Origin: Ruminococcaceae bacterium UBA3329
Lineage (GTDB): Bacteria > Bacillota > Clostridia > Oscillospirales > Acutalibacteraceae
Direction: 5' to 3'
Length of the DNA stretch: 56,007 bases
Assembly: GCA_002361875.1 (NCBI GenBank)
Contig: DERX01000013.1
Coordinates: forward strand, 1 to 56,007
A model generated the notes under the pieces. That model did no database searches. It was not told where the DNA came from and saw nothing but the letters and a program-made list of their open reading frames with translations. A program made the position numbers and the translations under genes. Below, piece by piece: positions 50,801-56,007 of the stretch. Every line of letters starts with the position of its first letter. Position 1 is the first letter of the stretch.

Positions 50801-50969
50801 AAGCGTGGTGAACACCCATGGGGTTATTTGCCGTAATAGGACCGTCAAGGAAACGGAACATTTTATTGCCTTTATTTTTGGCAACAAGCTTATCGTAATA
50901 TTTTTCTTCTTCCCAGAGCTGTAAAATTTCATGCTCAAGGTCAATAAAGAAATTCTTTTCTTCTGCCAC
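47835..50969 (-). CDS. ileS: Isoleucine--tRNA ligase, long (about 1040 aa) type-2-like form
   Basis: Class I aaRS with HIGH variant MGVHHAWG, KMSKS variant KFSKTG, a CP1 editing insertion, and DWNISRKRYYGLPLP. GTG start 7 nt after AGGTGG. Confidence 0.85.
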   Translation of the reverse strand: MAEEKNFFIDLEHEILQLWEEEKYYDKLVAKNKGNKMFRFLDGPITANNPMGVHHAWGRSIKDIFIRYKSMRGYDCRRQNGFDSQGLWVEVEVEKQLGFKTKKDIEEYGMDKFTRQCVERVKHFSGIITEQSKRLGQWMDWDNSYYTNTDLNIQGIWHFLKVCDDNGWIKREYKPMPWCPRCGTSLSEHEMTGSYKLMTHNSVFFKLPLKEINSKILVWTTTPWTLSSNVALAVNPKIDYVEVKIKSDEKTLILAKNAIKYLGDDKLEVVRALKGEELVGMHYDTCFPDIPAQAGIDHKVVAWEDVAADEGTGVVHIAPGCGVEDFELGERLGLPKVMPIDDMGIYLEGFGWMTGKDSHTVADEVFEHLKADNKLYKVEPHEHSYPVCWRCKSEVVFRLVPAWYIRTEELKPRLIKNANSVKWEPASNGKRMNDWLNNMGDWNISRKRYYGLPLPFYPCDCGEVTVIGSKAELREKAVDPAMVDALPELHRPWVDEIKIKCPHCGKEVSRVSEIGDVWLDAGIVPYSTFGYFTDRKEWEKNFPAEWVTEMHEQVRLWFYSMLFMSTVLEDRAPYERVVTNSAVVAEDGSKFSKTGFMIKFDEAAEKIGADTVRYLYAGAPNTNDVRFGFNLGDEARRKMLSFWNIYTFFDTYAQIDKPVFTDYKPNKADMTATDKWLIVRTNEFIEKAQSYMDDYKVYLLIKDFEIFVDDISNWYIRTNRRRFWKTEDKQDKMIAYWTLFTALKACVQVMAPVIPFMTEYIWQKLIKVCEPNSAESVHLSDWPTVIEGFEDDGIIEETALARDVIAVAMRLRNEQQIKVRQPLNKLFVCCESDKADKIKTFEKNILDELNIKNIEYISDANLLEDKYCAVNFKVAGAVLKQNVNKMKQTLENLSDADMKAVTEAVIAGGEVAVPGWDEKFDASVFAVNSKTKAGIVSAEFGTDSVLALDVVLTDDLLKDGAVRDIIRQCQLLRKEAGYQVEQHIAASINTADEFMLTALNEKKTYIANELLADSLKIGEDISADLSKTVSVNGKDVTISVSKGE

Positions 50970-51012
50970 TGTATTTCCACCTTTCGTAGTTTACCCATAA
51001 TTTTACTCATAT

Positions 51013-51040
51013 ATTATACACGAATTTAACGAGATTTCAA
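51013..51040 (-). promoter_or_regulatory. Candidate sigma-A promoter for ileS
   Basis: On the minus strand: TTGAAA-16 nt-TATAAT, about 40 nt upstream of the GTG start. Confidence 0.5.
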
Positions 51041-51049
51041 GTATATATT

Positions 51050-51076
51050 AGAAAAAAGACGGCTATTTTGCCGCCT
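51050..51076 (-). terminator. Intrinsic terminator of spoIIID
   Basis: On the minus strand: GGCGGC-aaaata-GCCGTC followed by TTTTTT. It overlaps the spoIIID stop codon. Confidence 0.7.
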
Positions 51077-51317
51077 TTAAATACTTTTCCTTTGTTGCAA
51101 GTCCGCCCCTGATATGCCGTTCGGATTTATTGATGTCGAGTATTTCCCGAACCTGCCTGTAAAGAACAGGGTCATATCTTTTAAGGCGTGATGAAACATC
51201 CGTATGCACTGTGCTTTTGCTTATTCCGAACTGGCTTGCGGCAGAGCGGACAGTAGCCTTATTTTCAACAATATATTCCCCTAAAACAATTGCTCTTTCC
51301 CGTGATGTATCAATCAT
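51063..51317 (-). CDS. spoIIID: Sporulation transcriptional regulator SpoIIID
   Basis: 84 aa from the ATG at 51317 (AGGAGG SD). The HTH ATVRSAASQFGISKSTVHTDV and the C-terminal basic region RHIRGGLATK are typical. Confidence 0.9.
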   Translation of the reverse strand: MIDTSRERAIVLGEYIVENKATVRSAASQFGISKSTVHTDVSSRLKRYDPVLYRQVREILDINKSERHIRGGLATKEKYLKAAK

Positions 51318-51343
51318 AATCTTCCTCCTTGCTCGGTCAGTAG

Positions 51344-51372
51344 AATATATGATAGATAACGGAAAAATATTA
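51344..51372 (-). promoter_or_regulatory. Candidate sigma-E-type promoter for spoIIID
   Basis: On the minus strand: TAATATT-14 nt-CATATATT, compared with the sigma-E consensus kmATATT-14-CATACAhT as I recall it. Confidence 0.4.
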
Positions 51373-51426
51373 CAGAGCAGAACATAATAAATAGCTCTGC
51401 CCTGCATAACGGTTTATTTTCTTAAT

Positions 51427-52752
51427 TTATATGGTTGCGTCAAGCTTCTTCATAAGATTCGGATTTCTGATAGCGGAAACATTATTGATATAAAGAACTG
51501 TATCAATATTCTTCTCTGTGACAACTTTTGAAATACTCCCGGTGAAATGTCGGTAGTCAATAATATAAATATTCTCATAATTTTCAACAAGGAACGGAAC
51601 AAGAGCGTTGCCGAAGGACTCTTTTACAACCATTATTGACGAACCGTCCGAAATCTGCGGATTGTGAATTTCGGTATATGGATTATCCCCTGCAATAAAG
51701 CAACTGTACTTAATTGATTCGGGATATTTTGTAACATCGTTTATAATCGGCCAAGAAATTTTTTGCCCATTAGCGTCAGTATAAACCATTGTTGCTGAAG
51801 CATTCGGTTTGAAGGCTGTGATTGTGTCAGGGTTAGATTTAAGCTCGGGAATTTTGCCTGTGTCGTTATAAAATGTTCCAAGGAAACCGCTGAACTCTAC
51901 TTTTTCATATTTGTCAAGAGGATTTGCCGTTATTCCCGCTGCCTTTGCAAAATCACAGTATGCGTAATATGCGCCGAGCTGCGTCCAATGGTGGTCGGTA
52001 TTAAAATAAATATACTCGCTCCTGTGGCTCATAAGCGTTTTAAAAATCGGCACTTTCACAATTTGACTGTTAAGACCGCTGTTAATATAATCAATTGCTT
52101 TCAATTGGTCTGAACTGTTGATGTTACCCATATAAGAGTCGGGAAGTGTAATGCCTATACTTGTCGGCACTATCATATCGTAAACCTTTGCCTTGCCAGA
52201 CAGTTTTTCTGTAAGCTTATTCATTGACGAGATGTAATTATTCGCTTGAGCCTTACTGAAATTGTAATATTCAAAGGCTCTGTCGCCTACAACAAACACA
52301 GCGCCTATGCTTTGCGAATCACCGTTTGCATTGATTTTATCATAGTTTTCTTCTGTCGTGCTCTCCTCGGTGACAACTGCACTCGGGTCGTACTCATCGG
52401 GAATGTCATCACCCTTTTGAACATCACCGTGAATTTTTACAGTATCGTCTTTTAAAGAAGCTATTCCGTAATAGCTTTTAATTTTTGAATTTAAAGCAAC
52501 AAGACCTTCCCGACCCGGGTAACTGTCTGAATACCAAGAGTTAAATCCGTCAAAAAAATCGCCGGATTTTAATGATTCAAATGTAATTTTCGGAAATTCG
52601 GCTAATTTTCGCTTTTCGGAAACGGACTCCTTCGGTCTTAACGGAATAATTAAGCCGATAATTGAAATTATCGCTATTGTGAGAGCAAAGGACGCAATTT
52701 GCAAAAGTACAAATTTGCCTTTGTTGCTCGATTTTCTTTTATTTCTCTCCAT
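51427..52752 (-). CDS. DHHW-family protein (AlgJ/AlgX-like SGNH fold, extracytoplasmic O-acyltransferase partner)
   Basis: N-terminal TM anchor and the eponymous NTDHHWT motif, directly downstream of an MBOAT gene. Confidence 0.8.
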   Translation of the reverse strand: MERNKRKSSNKGKFVLLQIASFALTIAIISIIGLIIPLRPKESVSEKRKLAEFPKITFESLKSGDFFDGFNSWYSDSYPGREGLVALNSKIKSYYGIASLKDDTVKIHGDVQKGDDIPDEYDPSAVVTEESTTEENYDKINANGDSQSIGAVFVVGDRAFEYYNFSKAQANNYISSMNKLTEKLSGKAKVYDMIVPTSIGITLPDSYMGNINSSDQLKAIDYINSGLNSQIVKVPIFKTLMSHRSEYIYFNTDHHWTQLGAYYAYCDFAKAAGITANPLDKYEKVEFSGFLGTFYNDTGKIPELKSNPDTITAFKPNASATMVYTDANGQKISWPIINDVTKYPESIKYSCFIAGDNPYTEIHNPQISDGSSIMVVKESFGNALVPFLVENYENIYIIDYRHFTGSISKVVTEKNIDTVLYINNVSAIRNPNLMKKLDATI

Positions 52753-52764
52753 ACTTTCCTCCGA

Positions 52765-54213
52765 CTAAAACTGAAAATATAAAAACGGATTATAGCTGCT
52801 GCCGACAATGTTAATAAGCGAAAGGGCTATAAGCAACGGCGGCATTACAACCGAAAGCACACCGTAAGCAGATGAAAAATTTCGATTGTCACCGTTTCTG
52901 AATTTAATTTTCTTTGAAATAAATGAAACGAGCGGTGTGCAGGCAATAATTGCAACAATGATAAATACGAGATTGCCCTTTAAAAGCGTAACCGTTTCAA
53001 AATCGGACGCAGAATTTTTGTTGAGACAGAACATACCTTTTAGCACTGCACCCATAACAGACATATTTTCAAATTTAAACAATATCCACCCGAAATAAAC
53101 AATGATAAGTAAATAGAGATTTGACAGCACGGGAACTTTTTGAAGTGCTTTGCCGAAAAACAGCTTTTCGAGAGCAATAAACACAAAGAAATAAAGCCCC
53201 CAAAGAACATAGTTCCACGACGCACCATGCCAAAGACCTGTCAGCGCCCAGACAACAAACAGATTAAATATTGTACGACCCGTTCCTTTTCGATTGCCGC
53301 CGAGCGGAAAATAAACATAATCCCTGAAAAATGAACCAAGAGAAATGTGCCATCTTCTCCAAAATTCAGACACGGAGCGTGAAAGATACGGATAATCAAA
53401 GTTTTCTTTATACTCAAGACCAATCATTTTGCCCATACCGATTGCCATATCGGAATAAGCAGAAAAGTCAAGGTAAATCTGCATTGAGAACATAAGCACG
53501 CCAAGCCAAAGCGACGCCGCCGATTTTTGCGATACAACACTTACTGCCTCAGGAGTATTGACAAGTGAATCCGACACTACAAACAACTCAAAAAGCTTGC
53601 CGCACATATTGGCAATTACAGCTTTTTTGGCAAGTCCTACGCAAAATCGGTTAATACCATCATGAATTGAATTCACCGTAGGCCGTCTTTTAAGAAGCTG
53701 TTTTTCAATATCCTTGTACCTTACAATCGGACCTGCAATGCACTGGTGGAAAAGGCTTGCATAAAGTAAAACTATACTGAATTTTTTCTGTGCCTTAACG
53801 TCTCCCCTGTAAACATCAATGACATAAGACAAAAGCTGAAATGTATAAAATGAAATACCTATAGGCAGTATTATATTCGGTATTTTTTCGGGTACACCGA
53901 ATAAGCCCTGAAAATTCAGCAGAGTAAATTTGCCGTATTTAAAAATGCCTATTATGCCTAAATTTACTATACAGGTAATTATCAAAAATAATTTCTTCTT
54001 ACTCTTGTGCTGTTCAATAAGCAAAGCTAACAGCCAATCACAAAAGGACATAAGCAAAAGCAAAAGAATGTAAACAGGCTCGCCCCAAGCATAAAATGCA
54101 AGGGAAAATACCAACAGCACAGTATTTTTCTGCTTAATATTTTTTGCGAAAAAATATGCAAGCATACAAAGCGGAAAGAAAACACACAAAAAATTCAAAC
54201 TCGCGAAAACCAT
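52765..54213 (-). CDS. MBOAT-family membrane O-acyltransferase (AlgI/DltB-like)
   Basis: Polytopic protein with FWRRWHISLGSFFRDYVYFPLGGNR carrying the conserved MBOAT histidine. Confidence 0.88.
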   Translation of the reverse strand: MVFASLNFLCVFFPLCMLAYFFAKNIKQKNTVLLVFSLAFYAWGEPVYILLLLLMSFCDWLLALLIEQHKSKKKLFLIITCIVNLGIIGIFKYGKFTLLNFQGLFGVPEKIPNIILPIGISFYTFQLLSYVIDVYRGDVKAQKKFSIVLLYASLFHQCIAGPIVRYKDIEKQLLKRRPTVNSIHDGINRFCVGLAKKAVIANMCGKLFELFVVSDSLVNTPEAVSVVSQKSAASLWLGVLMFSMQIYLDFSAYSDMAIGMGKMIGLEYKENFDYPYLSRSVSEFWRRWHISLGSFFRDYVYFPLGGNRKGTGRTIFNLFVVWALTGLWHGASWNYVLWGLYFFVFIALEKLFFGKALQKVPVLSNLYLLIIVYFGWILFKFENMSVMGAVLKGMFCLNKNSASDFETVTLLKGNLVFIIVAIIACTPLVSFISKKIKFRNGDNRNFSSAYGVLSVVMPPLLIALSLINIVGSSYNPFLYFQF

Positions 54214-54232
54214 TTATAATAACCTCAAATAA

Positions 54233-55096
54233 TTAAAATTCAATTATCCCTTTATTCACAGGGGAACATTCAAAAACATTTTTGTAACTGCTCTTTAAAT
54301 CGTTAAAACATTTTTTCGCCTTGCTTTCATCAGAAAACAATCCGAAAACAGTAGGTCCGCTGCCGCTCATAAGGCAAGCGTCCGCACCGTGACTTCGCAT
54401 AGTGCTTTTTATGTACGGTCTTTCGGGAACCTCAACAGCCTGCTCAAAAACATTGCCGCATTTTGAGCAAATTGCTTTATAGTCACCGTTTGCCGCCGCC
54501 TCAAGCATTCCCACTTTATCAAGATGGCGTAGCCGTTGAATACTGTCAAGCATTGCGTATGCTTCTTTTGTGGAAACATCCTGCTGCGGCTTTACAATAA
54601 TTATTTTACAGTCGGAAAGGGGCTTGACGGGAGCTATTACATTGCCCGTATTAAGAACTACTGCAGTACCCCCTGTAAGACTGAACGGAATGTCCGCCCC
54701 AACTCTGCCGCCTATTTCACAAAGCTCGTCATTAGAAAGGTTTGCACCGTAAATTTTGTTCAGACAGTAAAGAACTGCCGCACCGTCTGCACTGCCGCCT
54801 GCAATACCTGCCGCCATAGGAATATTTTTGCCTATTCCTATTGTTATTCCCCTTTTACTTATTCCGACAGCGTCAAAAAACTTTTCGGCGCACCTAAAAG
54901 CTATATTGGTTGAATCCTTTGGCATCTCGGCAGAGTCGGATTCAATTATAATTTTGCCCAAATTGTTTTGCTCAACACTGACAGTATCATAAAGACTTAC
55001 AGACTGCATAACCATAAAAAGGCTGTGGTAGCCGTTATCAAGTTTTTTAATCATATCAAGCATTAAATTCAGCTTTGCGGCTGCTTTTACTTTCAT
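54233..55096 (-). CDS. ispE: 4-(cytidine 5'-diphospho)-2-C-methyl-D-erythritol kinase
   Basis: GHMP kinase motif PMAAGIAGGSADGAA and N-terminal KLNL. Confidence 0.9.
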   Translation of the reverse strand: MKVKAAAKLNLMLDMIKKLDNGYHSLFMVMQSVSLYDTVSVEQNNLGKIIIESDSAEMPKDSTNIAFRCAEKFFDAVGISKRGITIGIGKNIPMAAGIAGGSADGAAVLYCLNKIYGANLSNDELCEIGGRVGADIPFSLTGGTAVVLNTGNVIAPVKPLSDCKIIIVKPQQDVSTKEAYAMLDSIQRLRHLDKVGMLEAAANGDYKAICSKCGNVFEQAVEVPERPYIKSTMRSHGADACLMSGSGPTVFGLFSDESKAKKCFNDLKSSYKNVFECSPVNKGIIEF

Positions 55097-55100
55097 TTAA

Positions 55101-55967
55101 TCAAATCTCCTCAGTAATACTCATTTGCACGGGCGTACGGTTTTGAAACAGTGTTATACTGTCAAAGCCTGCATCTAAAGCAGATTTAAAAGCATCGGGT
55201 ATATTTTTACCTAAATCCGATGCATAATGAGCGTCAGAACCCACTGAAATAAATTTTCCGCCAAGCTCACGGAAACGCTTTACAACATCAGTTTCAGGTT
55301 GAAGCTTATGAAGCTTTTGGCGAAGCCCCGCCGTATTAATCTCAAGCGCCTTATCCTTTTTAGCACAGAGCCTTAATATTTCGTCTATCTCTTGTTTATA
55401 ATCGTTTAAATTGACGGTAATGCCCGATTTTGCAAAGAAATACCGCAGCGGATAGGTTAAATGGGCAAGCACATCAAAATTGCCCCATTCGCACATTTGT
55501 ATTATTTCATAAAAATATTCTTTTAGAAAAGTATGTGTTCCCGCTTCGGTAAAAGAGTCGCCGTAATACGGGTCAAATCCGTCACGCAGATTGTGAATTG
55601 AGCCGAGAACAACATCAAATTTTTGTGAACCCAAAATACGCTCTGCAATTTCGGGTGCAAATGTTGGCTGACCGAGTTCAATACCGTTCAGCACAAGAAA
55701 ACGCCCCCTGAATGCCGATTTTACCTTTGCAATCTCAAAAAATGTTTGAAAAACCGCTCTTTCGTGCGCATAATCGTTTATGCATCTGTCAACCTCGCAG
55801 TGGTCTGTAAATGCAACGGCTCGCAAATTATTAAACTCCGCCTGTTCGCAAATGAAAGTAGCCGAATGGTTACCGTCATAGGAATTATCAGTGTGGACGT
55901 GAAAATCTACAATATGGCTATACATTTTTTTACACCCGTTACTTAAAAAATCATTATTTTTTAACAA
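55101..55967 (-). CDS. PHP-domain phosphoesterase (HisJ-family histidinol-phosphatase-like)
   Basis: VDFHVHT, FTDHCE, GSIH, and late GSDAH metal ligands. Confidence 0.78.
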   Translation of the reverse strand: MLKNNDFLSNGCKKMYSHIVDFHVHTDNSYDGNHSATFICEQAEFNNLRAVAFTDHCEVDRCINDYAHERAVFQTFFEIAKVKSAFRGRFLVLNGIELGQPTFAPEIAERILGSQKFDVVLGSIHNLRDGFDPYYGDSFTEAGTHTFLKEYFYEIIQMCEWGNFDVLAHLTYPLRYFFAKSGITVNLNDYKQEIDEILRLCAKKDKALEINTAGLRQKLHKLQPETDVVKRFRELGGKFISVGSDAHYASDLGKNIPDAFKSALDAGFDSITLFQNRTPVQMSITEEI

Positions 55968-56007
55968 TTAAACTAGTGAAATAATTATATAACAGTTATT
56001 AGGCAAA

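Noticed and set aside
50970-51062. Searched for a T-box leader upstream of ileS.
   Set aside because: Only 93 nt are available, and they are filled by the spoIIID terminator and a promoter. There is no specifier loop or T-box sequence.
1-56007. Whole-window scan for CRISPR arrays, tRNA/rRNA genes, IS elements or transposases, integrases, phage modules, toxin-antitoxin pairs and known defence-system signatures.
   Set aside because: None was found. All spacers longer than 100 nt are accounted for by promoters, terminators, riboswitches, micro-ORFs or the structured elements reported above.

Overview
The window looks like a chromosomal segment (about 40% GC by eye) from an endospore-forming low-GC Firmicute with Clostridia-type gene order. 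The sporulation genes spoVM, spoIIID, ytfI/ytfJ and a dacB-like gene are present. I can support about 60 protein genes. Nearly all lie on the minus strand in two long co-directional, tightly packed arrays (about 8.7-39.0 kb and 44.1-56.0 kb), often with 4-13 nt overlaps. Two plus-strand blocks interrupt them: 4.5-8.7 kb (envelope hydrolases and a lipoprotein) and 39.2-44.0 kb (manA, an MFS transporter, FMN riboswitch-ribU, SAM-I riboswitch-metK, DUF378). Content is mostly core housekeeping: pcrA; the conserved cluster yicC-remA-gmk-rpoZ-priA-def-fmt-(Zn peptidase)-rsmB-rlmN-prpC-prkC-rsgA; scpA/scpB; prmC; cdaA-cdaR; ispD/ispF and ispE; trmK-nif3-rqcH; ileS; and an MBOAT/DHHW pair. I found no rRNA, tRNA, CRISPR array, transposase, integrase, phage genes or recognisable defence genes. 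I do not see a clear-cut novel system. The best leads are modest. (1) An FG-GAP-repeat lipoprotein sits between cdaA-cdaR and an OmpR-type two-component system. (2) An orphan Fe-S hydro-lyase beta subunit is translationally coupled to a DivIVA-like coiled-coil protein and pcrA. (3) Two micro-ORFs are missing from the ORF track (a SpoVM-like 27-mer and a 48-aa two-helix membrane peptide) behind an SD-sequestering hairpin. (4) An unexplained structured element of about 150 nt lies between ispF and the DUF3343/cysteine desulfurase pair. (5) A small acidic protein is co-transcribed with rqcH. Several ORF-track starts are too long and were trimmed to starts with Shine-Dalgarno support and no overlap with the upstream gene.
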